DNA of 63,529 bases, filler included, from Guillardia theta CCMP2712 (lineage: Eukaryota > Protista > Cryptophyta): assembly GCF_000315625.1 (NCBI RefSeq). It is 6 parts of 6 records of this genome, joined end to end, with 100 filler letters (N's around TTAATTAATTAA, not from the genome) between each part and the next. Parts side by side here need not be neighbours in the genome. Positions count along the whole stretch, not along the records: positions 25,365 to 43,880 come from NW_005434571.1; positions 43,981 to 56,386 come from NW_005434623.1; 4 more parts are not named here. One strand, given 5' to 3'. A program made the position numbers and the translations under genes. This document shows, in pieces, positions 38,362 to 49,505 of this stretch (positions are counted from its first letter, which is position 1; the number at the start of each line of letters is the position of its first letter). Under the pieces are notes generated by a model, which saw nothing but the letters and a program-made list of their open reading frames with translations, did no database searches and had not been told where the DNA came from.

Positions 38362-40123
38362 ATGTCTCGGTGATTTGTTTTCTATTTGCATTGCCGAATC
38401 GTTGACAAAATCCAGTGAATGCAAGCGAGTGAACATGAACGGGTCCCAGGACCCTTATTACAGGTACACGATGCCTTGCATCCAGGTCTGTTTGACATCT
38501 TTCTGGATAAATGCTTCATTGATCCCTCCCCGTTCGCAGGTGAAGGTTGAGGGCACGACCAAGATGATCAAGTCTGTGCTGATCAACATCGAGGACGTGT
38601 GCCGTGCCATCGGTCGCCCTCCTGACTACCTCCTCACTTTCCTCGGCCAAGAGCTCAGTGCAAACAGCAAGATTGAGAAGGTAGATGCTTGTTTTTGCCT
38701 GCTTGTATCTGATTTTTGCTCTTCTGAACAGGACACTGGAAAGGCGTACGTCTCAGGATCTTTTGAAGAAAGGAAGGTATAGTGACTTTCACGTCGCCCT
38801 CCAACCTATCAACAGCGTGGGATAGGTTCAAGAACTTGTCTTCAAGTTTATTCGGGAGACTGTCACTTGCCAAAACTGCAAGAACCCTGAGACAACCTGC
38901 AACATCGAGGGGAACAAGAAGAAGTATGCCTAGTTGAGCCTGCTGATGGATGTTCTGATTTGACGTGGCACAGCAAAATTCTTTTCCTCACGTGCAAGGG
39001 ATGTGGCGGCCGGACTGATCTCGACCACACTGATCGCTTCGTGAAGTACATGGTAGACCAAGTACTTCGGGGCGCATCCTGCTTCTCACATGAAGTCAGA
39101 TCCTCCATCCCCCTGATGATGCAAACTACGGACATGCCAAGTCCGCAGCAGGTACAGGCTCCGGAGCGAGTCGGGGGTTGGAGCGCTGAACTTAGATCTC
39201 GTACAGGGGCTGTCGGTGCTGCTCTCTCCGAGGCGACTGCGCTGGATGAGGCTCAGAAGAAGAAGAAGAAGAGGTGAACGTCTCCCATTCTAGCAAGAGA
39301 CATCTGATGCGCAATGCAGCAAGAGTGCGGAGGAAGACGATGAAAAGGCTGAAAAGAAGAAGAAGTAGATTTTCATTCCTCTTCACTCGCCCTCTCTCCT
39401 CGTGACGATATGCCTGTAGGAAGAAAAAGGACAAGGAAAAGGACAGCGAGGTGATGGAATGCTTGGATTGGTCGTCAATCTCATGCTCTGTAATCAGGAC
39501 GAAGGGGATGATGACGAGGACAAGAAGGAGAAGAAGAAGTGATTGAGATAAAGATATACCTTATGTTCACTTCTAACAAGATACATAGGAAGAAGAAAAA
39601 AGACAAAGACGCCGATGACGAAGATTCGCCGACTGGAGAGGTGACTTCTTCTCGCTTCCAGTTCGCGCCCCGTAACATACCATGCACAGGACGGAGAGAA
39701 GAAGAAAAAGAAGTGATCTGATAGTTGATCCCTATCATAGAATTTCTCAATGCAATTTGCAGGAAGAAGAAGGACAAGAAGAAGGAGGAAGATGAAGACG
39801 ACTGGGACAATGACTGGGGCGATGACACCTCAGAAGCTGCTGTAGCTGCTAGGCAGGCTGCCCTCATGGGGTCCAAGAGCTCCGACCCCGACGCCATCAC
39901 AGCCAAGATGGAAGGCCTCATGGCGAAGAAGGTGAAGACGGAGCTTTGTGTGCTCGGAATGGGCTGACTTGCTTGGCAGGCGGACGAGACCAAGGAAGAG
40001 GATGCACCCGTTAACGGTAAGGGATGCCCTTCCACTGCTATGTTGGGTGATGGAAGGACAGGGGCTGGCTCAGGCTCTCCAGATGAGGACGACGAAAGCG
40101 ACGTCGACGTTGACGACATCTAG
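38362..40123 (+). CDS. EIF5: eIF5-like protein: N-terminal eIF2beta/eIF5 domain and K/E-rich linker, no W2 domain
   Basis: DPYYRYTMP, KVEG...IKSVLINIEDVCRAIGRPP, zinc ligands CQNCKNPET and CKGCG, DDWGDDTSEAAVAARQ, and C-terminus SDVDVDDI*. Many short GT-AG introns. Confidence 0.85.
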
Positions 40124-41892
40124 ACTAGACCCACCTAGCTCTTCTCTTCAGCATCAGATACATGCTCCATGGCTGAACTCGATGCGTATCGAGCTCTAGC
40201 TGATCCTGCCCGTTGACAGAGATTTTTTTGGGCAATATATGCCTCTTTGAGCCATGTCTAAAGTCGCTGTATGGAAAGATACCCTCAGTGGACCTGAACC
40301 GGGTCGCAGAGGATGCTTGTTTTCAGATACATGATGGGAGGGATAGTTTATTTTCTTTCACAACCAGTCGATCGATCCCCTGTTGCAGCCTGACGGTACT
40401 GACAGCAAAAGGGAGACTTGATACACAGTGGAACATCTAAGGTTATGTTGCGCAGTAAAGAAAGTGATCTGGGTGAACAATCATATGCCATGGATTGCGA
40501 ATCTTGTGTAAGAGCAGCTACTGAGGCGGACCAGCTCAAATGCTGACATACAGTAAAAGAGATTTAAAAGCGAGGAAGCGAAACTACATATTTTCGAGAC
40601 AGAAAATAAAAAACAAAATCGAGATACCAAACGGTGGGGGATAATGCGGCAGGCCCGGGCCGCCCCCGGCGGCCGCCGCCGCGGGGGCTCCGAGTCCGGG
40701 GAGTCCCGGCAGCGGCCGCCCGGCCGACCAGTTGCCTCGAAATCGGAATGTGCCGCCGGATATCCCGCCGGAGTCCGCGATCCGATCATCCGATGATCGG
40801 AACCCGCGGCTGATCCGAACTTCCGGGCGACCGGAGTGAACTTGGCACCGTGACTGCCAGGCTACCGTACCGTACTACCTGCCGGTCACCGGGTGGCAGA
40901 CGGTCACCGCCGGACCGGCCCGGCCCCCGGGATCGGGGGCCGGCGACTCGACTCTGATTCGGCAAACTTGGAGACTCAGAGATCGGACCGTACGGTCACG
41001 AGTCAGTGGCACCCGGACGGTCGGATGGTCAGTCTCCGATCAGCACCGGACAAACTTGGCAAAAGCGGCGCCCGCCGGGCCGCGCGGCTCCGGCACCGTA
41101 CAGGCCGCTGACACACGGTGAGCCTCGGCGGCAGCCGCCGGCCCCGGCCGGCCCGCGGCGCCGCCAGTACGGGCGGCCTGCCACTCAGTGACGCAGTGCT
41201 GCCGGCGTGACCGTCCGACAGCCGTCACTGCCGAGACGGACAAGCCTGGGCGGCTCAGCTTCCGAACTTGGAAGCCTTCCCGGCAGTACGGTAAGTTCGG
41301 ACACTGCCGCTGCCCGCGGCACCGCCGCGCAGTCCGATCCGCTGCGCCAGTGCCGTAGTGCCAAGTTTGCAGTGCCCGGCACGCGGCAGCCGCAGTGATC
41401 ATGTGATTTCGGAACTAAGTTCCGGCTCTGTCCGTCCCGGTCCGCTGAGTCACGCGGCCGCACTGCACGCTTCGCCAATGCAGCTCAGTAGGCTATAGCG
41501 TGAGGCCTGAAGTTCGGAGACTGGGCCACTGCCTCGAAGCTAGTCCGGCTCCCGGTGACTGGGCAGTCGGACTCGTTAGGGCACAATGACTCCGAGTCAG
41601 AAAGGCTCGGGCGTGTCGGAGCCCATACTTGAAGGAACTTGGAATGATCAGCCCGGCCACGTTGCTTTACCGATGTCGTGGTTGATTGCTGGTTTTTGCT
41701 TGCACTCGGCAGCTACAGTGTACTCTACCACTGTCAACTCCTCAGTGCGAAAGCAGAACTACTCAAAATCTGATCAGTTTGTAAGAAAGGCAGCCACTTC
41801 AAAGATATCGATCATATGTTTTATTCACATTAAATGTAGTGTACAGCGTGCAAAGAATATTGCAGTAAAACAATAAAAATAAAGCTTAGAAA

Positions 41893-42252
41893 TCAATTGA
41901 CCCTAAAGTTTCCATATCGATCGATCGACCTTACAGAGACATGCTGGTTGGAGAGGAGAAACGGGGAATATCCTCCACTTGGAACTAAGTTCCCCCATCG
42001 GTCGATCGACTTGCGTTGATGTCTTGTATCCGACGAGATCGCCGCATGGAAGCGATCAGTCAGCTCTTCAATCGCTAGGCTCTCGCTCAGAACAGGGCAA
42101 GAAGAATCCACGAAATCCTTTTCTGAAGGAAACTCGTCTTGTCCTTCCAGCCTTGAGGGCTTTTCTCCTTTCAGCTGACGACTCATTAGGGAGAAACCAG
42201 CTTCTCCCTCTCTTAACATCGAGTCAGAAACCATATCGAAACCAGCGTGCAT
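41893..42252 (-). CDS. Small intronless protein with doubled IDxxGN motif
   Basis: 119-aa ORF ending KSIDRWGNL...SIDRYGNFRVN*, apparently homologous to 34825-35145. Confidence 0.6.
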   Translation of the reverse strand: MHAGFDMVSDSMLREGEAGFSLMSRQLKGEKPSRLEGQDEFPSEKDFVDSSCPVLSESLAIEELTDRFHAAISSDTRHQRKSIDRWGNLVPSGGYSPFLLSNQHVSVRSIDRYGNFRVN

Positions 42253-43732
42253 ACCACGACTTGAGGTCTGAGGGTTCTGCGAATATTGATCGTTTGTAAT
42301 GGGCGGAGGACTGAGGGAACGGGCAGATGGGATTTGGAAATAGCGGCTGCAGTGATTCTTCTTGCAAGAGATTGAATCACTGAGAGGAGGGGGGAAGGGA
42401 GAGGGGCTTACAGAGGAGGGGGGGGAGGGGCTTGTGTGTAGGAGAACACTACTGTTGCTGCCGTGGGAACGGGCTGTGGGAGTGAGAGAGCAGGAGGATT
42501 TCCCTTTCCTTTAAGCATCTCCTACGGAGGGCGGGTGAGTCAGCAATGGATTCGAAGAAGAGTCTTTCCAGTTTTAAGAGACCCTAGCTCTTACAGATCG
42601 ACGTCTTTTAGGGTTGCTTTCCGAATCCTTACCTTTCGATTTTCAAAAGTACAGTTTTCGTACTTTTTTCGATTCTTCATTACGACCGGTAATCAATGAA
42701 CCGTTGAGATCTCCCATATCCCTTAGATCTTCATGGAGTGATGACAGAGTTAAGAAGGGGCCATCTCTTTTTTACTGTCAGCAACCGGGGGGCAAATAGT
42801 ACCAGCTTCCAACCCCCATAAAATCCTTCCCAATCACCCTCCACCTTGACATGAGCCAGTACCCACCCTATCCTTTAGCCTATGTTATATACAACAATAC
42901 ACGGGTATTTACCAGGTACCAACCCCCCATCACTACCCTGCCGGGGTCCATGTTTCGTGCGGTATGAGCAGTCATTCCCCTCTTTACTACTGGTCAGTCT
43001 CGCCTGTGCCCAACTACCCCACCAGGCCAATCTAGGGGAAATGATCATTTTGATTACCCCACCCCTCCTGGTATCCGCGGCAACCTTTTTACTTTTGAGT
43101 AATATCTGTCTAAAAATATCATCAGTTTATATCGTATTTGTTCACGGTTTGTATCCTTTACCGCTGATACACGTCGACATGCTTTTTTTTCCCGGAGGCT
43201 GGCCCGACTGATCAGATGGGCCATGCCCAATGTCCCCCTTGGCAGTGCTATCAGCACCCCCCTGTGCAATAGTTCTTTTCGAGGGTCCGGGGAGTCCTGG
43301 TCCGTTCGCTGTTGTGAGCAGCGGCCCCGCAGACGGCAGTGCCCGGCCGTGCCTTAGCATGTCTTCCTCCGACTCGCCGCGCGGCCGGGGCACTGACTCC
43401 TCAGTCAGCACTACCATAATACTGTGAATCGGACCGTGACTGCGGGGGTCCGAGTCGATCCCAGTGCGCGCAGCCCTTACTAAAAGTGACTCAGTGCGGC
43501 AAGTCCGTAACCGTCCGTACTACCGTAACTTAACTTGGCAAGTTACTGAGTCACTGCAACATTGAAGTTGCCACTGATCGGGGCGCGGCGTGTCTGAGGC
43601 CCGGCCCGGAAGCCTCCTCTGCTCTCCTGAGTCCGATCCGATTGTCCTCACACTGACTCTCAGTACGAAAAGAAGTACCGAGGCTTTTAGTAAAAGCGGC
43701 CCGGAAAGCATGGTGGCAAAAAGATTTGACCA

Positions 43733-43804
43733 AGGGCGCACCCAGGTTCGAACTGGGGACCTATCGATCTGCAGTCGATTGCTCTACCACTGAGCTATAC
43801 ACCC
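43733..43804 (-). tRNA. trnC-GCA: tRNA-Cys (GCA)
   Basis: Reverse complement GGGTGTATAGCTCAGTGGTAGAGCAATCGACTGCAGATCGATAGGTCCCCAGTTCGAACCTGGGTGCGCCCT folds as a cloverleaf with a GCA anticodon, TTCGA T-loop and U73. A T-run lies about 12 nt downstream. Confidence 0.96.
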
Positions 43805-44799
43805 GGTGCGAAATGCGGAAGTTCAATGCTATTTGTAGCCGACATGAGTGGTAGAACATGCAGAATGATGGAGGGAGGAGNNNNNNNNNNNNNNNNNNNN
43901 NNNNNNNNNNNNNNNNNNNNNNNNTTAATTAATTAANNNNNNNNNNNNNNNNNNNNNNNNNNNNNNNNNNNNNNNNNNNNTCATCTTCTTCTTCTTTTTC
44001 TTCTTCTTCTTCATCATCATCATCATCATCTTCTTCTTCTTCTTCTTCTTCTTCTTCTTCTTCTTCTTCTTCTTCTTCTTCATCATCATCATCTTCTTCT
44101 TCTTCTTCTTCTTCTTCTTCTTCTTCTTCTTCTTCTTCTTCATCCTCATCATCATCCTCCTCATCATCCTCATCATCATCCTCATCATCATCCTCATCAT
44201 CATCATCATCATCATCGTCGTCGTCGTCGTCGTCGTCGTCACCGCCCTGATCTTAACCATCTATCAGCAGGAGCTGTTGCTGTAGGGCTGGTGGCATTGC
44301 CGCTGGTTCGAAATGTTTTGCAGCGGAGGAGGAAGAGGAGGTAGAGCAAGCACTATGTTGAACCCTCTCACTCCTCCTTGCCAGAACTTTGTTTCTCTTC
44401 GTCCCAACTTGGGTGAGAAATCCTCCTCTCGTCTCCTCTCCTCTCCTCTCCTCTCCTCTCCCCTCCCTCCCCTCCCCTCCCTCCCCTCCCTCCCCTCCCT
44501 CCCTCCCTCCCTCCCTCCCTCCCCCTTACTTCTCTTCTTCCCCTTCCCCNNNNNNNNNNNNNNNNNNNNNNNNNNNNNNNNNNNNNNNNNNNNNNNNNNN
44601 NNNNNNNNNNNNNNNNNNNNNNNNNNNNNNNNNNNNNNNNNNNNNNNNNNNNNNNNNNNNNNNNNNNNNNNNNNNNNCCTCCTCCTCCTCCTCCTCCTCC
44701 TCCTCCTCCTCCTCCTCCTCCTCCTCCTCCTCCTCCTCCTCCTCCTCCTCCTCCTCCTTCCCTCTTCCTCCTTCTCTTACTTCCTGCATCCCTCCTTGT

Positions 44800-46324
44800 C
44801 CTGCCCAGTGGCTCAGAGACGAGGAGATGTTTCTCCCGCTCCTAGTCGTTGGCGATCAGGCTCTTACGCACGGAGACATCAGCATCATCCTGCGCAGGTG
44901 CAGCAGCTTCCTCCTCTTCCTCCTCCCTCCTCTCACCATTTCCAGGGTCTTTCACGAGACCGGGAGGCTCAAGTTCCTGCTGGAGGACTTGGGCGTCAGG
45001 AGCTGCTCAAGGGGAGGGGAGACCCTCTATCAGATTGTGGCACTGATAGATCAAAACTCCAGGATCAAGTTAGCAAAGGTCTTAACATGACCTCCACCGT
45101 TTCCTTCCTCTCCGCTCTTTCCCGCACTTGACCTCGTCTCTTCTCCCCATGCCCTCTTCTCTCCTTCTCCTTCTCCTTCTCCTTCTCCTCCTCTCCCTCC
45201 TCCTTTCCACTCATAATCCTCACTTCCGATTCCTCCTCTTGTCCTTCATCTCCCTTCCTCTTTCTTCCTTCTGCGTCCTCCTCTCTCCGCAACCACATCT
45301 GCACATAACATCCCTCACTCCCTCCTTATCTCCTCACGAGACTTCAGATCCGAGAGAAGCTCGCTCATGAAATCTTCGCGTCAGAAGCGATCAAGGTTGA
45401 ACTCCGCCTGCCCTTTAGTCTTGTGACTTGAAACCTCAAGGAGTTGACCTGTACAGAAAGCAACGAGATCGCACTGTCAGGTCAAAGCTCTCCCTCCCTC
45501 CTTCCCTCCCTCCCTCCCTCCCTCCCTCCCTTCGATCCTTTGAAACACGAAATACTTCCCTCAGCAGTTGTCGAGCTTCTGTACTCCTCTCCCCCTCATC
45601 ATCCAACAGGTTTCTTCTCTGCCTCCTCCCACGAGGCTCAGCACGTGCTCGACTGGATTCAAGTGAGAACACGACCAGCCGCACACGTCTGACTTGCCGA
45701 CAGCATGGCGACCGATCGGCTTCACGAGGCCAAGCTCGGACAGAGCTACTACAGCATTTCTCTCACAACCTAGGGGAGAACGAGCATGAGGAGGAGGAGG
45801 AGGAGGAGGAGCATGAGGAGGAGGAGGAGGTCTACGAGGCGAGGAGCGACGGTGGCTTTGTTCGACTTCGGTTCTCTGACTTTGACGTTTCTTCTTCCTT
45901 GTCACTCGTCGTGTCTCAGCAGCCCTGAGGTTGTCAACCCCGTCAGTCCGGGAGGAGGGAGGGGAGACCCTCGAGCTCTCGTCCCATCCGTTGAGACCGG
46001 TGAGCTCCCGGCTCCCTGCGTGACAACGTCTGACTGCCTCCTGCAGTGATGCACGTGCAACAGGTGGTGGTATCCGACGTCGACCTGCTCCAGCAGAGGT
46101 CTACTCCTCGTTTCCTCCCCTGCCCCTCCTCGTCTGCTCCTCCTCCTGAGCTCTTACTTGTCTCCCCCCAGCTCCCCTCCTCCTTACCTCGTTGCTGGCT
46201 GAACCTGACGCAGAGACGGCAAGGGCCGGAAGCTGCTCGTCGACCTGAAGGAGCTTGATGCTCTTCATGGGTGGGAGCGGCAGCTGGTAAGAGAGTGGAA
46301 AAGGAGGAGGAGACAAATGAAGTG
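44800..46324 (+). CDS. Hypothetical multi-exon protein (5' part in or near gaps)
   Basis: Protein-like exons bounded by GT/AG (EEMFLPLLVVGDQ..., VFHETGRLKFLLEDLG...); no family recognised. Confidence 0.4.
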
Positions 46325-46581
46325 ATGCAGATGAAAACACTCATGGACAAGAAAGTGGACGAACAGCAGCAAAGCTCTCTCTACGAATACGTGGGATGAG
46401 ACACGATGTAGAAAGAAACCATCACAGAAGATATGTTTGCGAGGGAGGCAACAATGTACAGTTTGTCATGAAAGGAACATGTGTACAATCAGACAAACTT
46501 TAGTATAAATACAACTTTGAATCACAAACTCAGGCAAACTACCTCCTATCAACATATGTACACTCAGTTCGCTCGTGAGCT

Positions 46582-47277
46582 CTAGATGGATGTTCGGTGC
46601 ATCTTGCTGCCGGGGGACTCAGTCAACCTCTCATGCGCTATCTGCCTCAGCAGCGAAAGCGCGTCCTCGTTGTCACCGAAGATGGTGCAGAAGTCATCTC
46701 CCGAAAGCTCGTAGATGATGCATCCTTCCGTCGCAACGATGACGTCCGCACATCGCTCGGGGAATTCTGAGGAGATGCCGGACGGCTGCTTCTTGTCCTC
46801 AAGGTAGGCCAGAGCCGCCACCTCCCCGAAGTAGTCACCCTGGTTCAGTCGGGCTGAGTCAAGATGGTTTCTCTTCACTATACACGCTCCTCGACCGATG
46901 AAGTAGATCGTGTTCCCTCGATCCCCCTGCCTGAAGAGCACGTCCCCCTGGTCCAGCTTGAGCCGCTTCATCGAGTTGATCAGAACTTTCCTCTGGTTCG
47001 ACGTCAGAGTTCCACAAAGGATCGAAAAGTTCTGAGAGGATGCCAGGCGGCAGGGAGTTGTAGCCGGTCTCTCACCAAGATCCGACGGCAGGTCAAAGCG
47101 GACTTGAAGGCTCAGACTCTGACGATCTTTCGTTTTCAGTGCCGATCGGATCTGTTTGTGGTGAATGCTCGAATCGCTGTTTTGCCTGGTGATCTGAAGC
47201 GAGTTGTCCGAAAGCGAATTTTTTCGAATCATTTCGAAAGAGCGAGATATGATCGAGATGTTCATGCTCCCTGTCAC
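46582..47277 (-). CDS. Intronless cyclic-nucleotide-binding domain protein
   Basis: GDVLFRQGDRGNTIYFIGRG, LNQGDYFGEVAAL...PERCADVIV and IYELSGDDF. Confidence 0.88.
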   Translation of the reverse strand: MTGSMNISIISRSFEMIRKNSLSDNSLQITRQNSDSSIHHKQIRSALKTKDRQSLSLQVRFDLPSDLGERPATTPCRLASSQNFSILCGTLTSNQRKVLINSMKRLKLDQGDVLFRQGDRGNTIYFIGRGACIVKRNHLDSARLNQGDYFGEVAALAYLEDKKQPSGISSEFPERCADVIVATEGCIIYELSGDDFCTIFGDNEDALSLLRQIAHERLTESPGSKMHRTSI

Positions 47278-49505
47278 CTCACGCTAACCCAGTACTCAGT
47301 TTGAATCCCGATCTGTGCTGAGCTGAACTTCTGTGCAGACAATCTTAGGTCTTGTATGGTTCTCTATCTATCAGTTTCTATCACTCGCTCGTGTTGTGGT
47401 TTCTTCTCTTCCTCTCGCTTCTTCTCTCGTCGCCTCTCTTCCACTCTCTCAGCATCCGCATCCCACTCCCTGCATGCTTTCACTGACCCTCACATCCAAT
47501 CCTCCGAAGGGAATTTTATAACCCTACCCTGTTCCACCCTACCCTCATCCCTCGATGAATGACACTACCCACCCTGGAAATCTCTCTTGATCGGGGCCAC
47601 CCACCTTCATCGCCCCACCCAAAGATTGAAGCACCCACTGATCACCCTACCCCCTACTCCTCCACATTCTACCCCTATCCACGACCAATACCACCTCGAG
47701 CAAGGAATCAAGAACCGCTTTACTATCTCATAGGGGGGTACTGGTGCAGGTACTTTGTACTGGCACCGCCCATGTACCCTACCCTTTGACTTGTGGACCC
47801 TGACCACCACCCACCCTCTTTGGGTTCCCCTCGATCACGAGCGATCACGGTGCGATCAAACCAAGGGAGAGGGAACAACCATACTACCCCCACCCCCTCT
47901 TCCTAACAAAAGTCTTATGAAGGACCCCCTTCACGATTAATTACCCCTCAATTCGACATACACCTATCCACCGGAGCAAGCCGAGATGAGCGGAGTACCC
48001 CACCCCCCGCTCCTATCAAGTGCACCCCTCGCACTCAAGGATAAGGCCTAGGGGAGATGACACACCTCACCCCCCATTTAGACCACCCATGCAGGGTGTA
48101 CCCCCTCAAATCTCCATCACCCCTCCAGCTCTAACTCTCAAGGACCCCTCCCCTTCCAGAGTCACCTCAGACCTTCTTTTCCTCCTACACCGTCTCCATC
48201 GCTAAAACCAAGTTTTTGCAGAGGGACGTGGCCTCATTTAAAAACATATTTATAATATTAAATTTACATATATCACATTTTTACCATCAAAAGGAGCTCG
48301 GATAAGGTATAAACCTTGCTACACCCCGTGGCATCCTCTCTACGTCCTAACTGGTAATTCACTACCCTACCCCAGCCACCAGAACCCACCCTGTAGGGGG
48401 GTGGAGGCACATCAACATTCAAACACCACCCTGCTACCCCCCATGAGACTCCCCGACGGACGTTCCCGGCGACGAGAAAGCTGCGTTTCAGCCGAAAAGC
48501 TCTATTATTACAACGTTTCGTTGTAACTCGACCGCCATGTGCCGTGACTAAGGCGCACGCTCTCCCCCAGTGGACCTCGTCCCCGATGTCTTGCACACTA
48601 CCCACCATACTATCAAGGCCGTACCCTACCGGTGGTTGAGAGGTCCCAGCCGGAGCCCCGACACCCGGCCCTAGGCCCTCGGACAACACACCTTCTCGTC
48701 CCCTTCTGTAGCTCTCGCTGCCGATGTCCTCTTTTACAGCCCCCCGTCCACCTACCCGTACCCTCCACCCACCCCGACCCCCGAGTCTTGTACAGAATCA
48801 TTCTGAGGCAGGCCCACTCTAGTCACAGGATGGATCGGCGGACGTAGAAGAAATTGGGCACCACATCTGGACGCGAAAACACGTGATTTCCGGTATCGTT
48901 CATGAATAATCTTGAGATTGAGTCAGCGGATTAAGATCTCAACGATTCGAATCAGCTCCCCCCTTCCAAGAGTCTTTGGCAAAAAAAAAATCGAGGCTAT
49001 TATTGACATCTTTTTACTCAATCGAGTCGCTAGGCAAGGACAGCAGGGGGGAATAGTGTTATGCTACTATCTTCACACTCGCTGCCCTACGGGTCACGTG
49101 CGCAGCTGTCTTTCCGGCCCGCCGGGAAGCTCCGGGCCAAACCGGGGGCCGGGGCATCGGAAGCGGTAGTACCTTCTGATTTAACTTAACTTTAAGTAAA
49201 GTAGGTAGTACGCCGGGTGTCCGCCAGTCTGACCCGGCGCCACTGCCACCGCCATGATCATACTGCGGCCCGTCGCCGAGTGCCGAGTCCGGCCGGGCGG
49301 CGTCCGTCAGTGCTCCCGCTGACTCAGTCGGATGTTAGTCTTAGCACTCAACAAGTTGCCGCTAGTAGTGAGTCTGATAGTCAATTGATCGAGCAAGCTC
49401 AGGCTCATGATTCGATCATCGGTGATCGCACTTGCAAGCTTGTACGGATGTTTTACTTCTCTCAGGGTGTATCATAACAGTAAATCTCCCCTGGTTATAA
49501 GGCGC

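Noticed and set aside
43847-43855. AGTGGTAGA, an inverted match to the tRNA D-arm (second tRNA or SINE?)
   Set aside because: Only 9 bp, with no B-box or cloverleaf.
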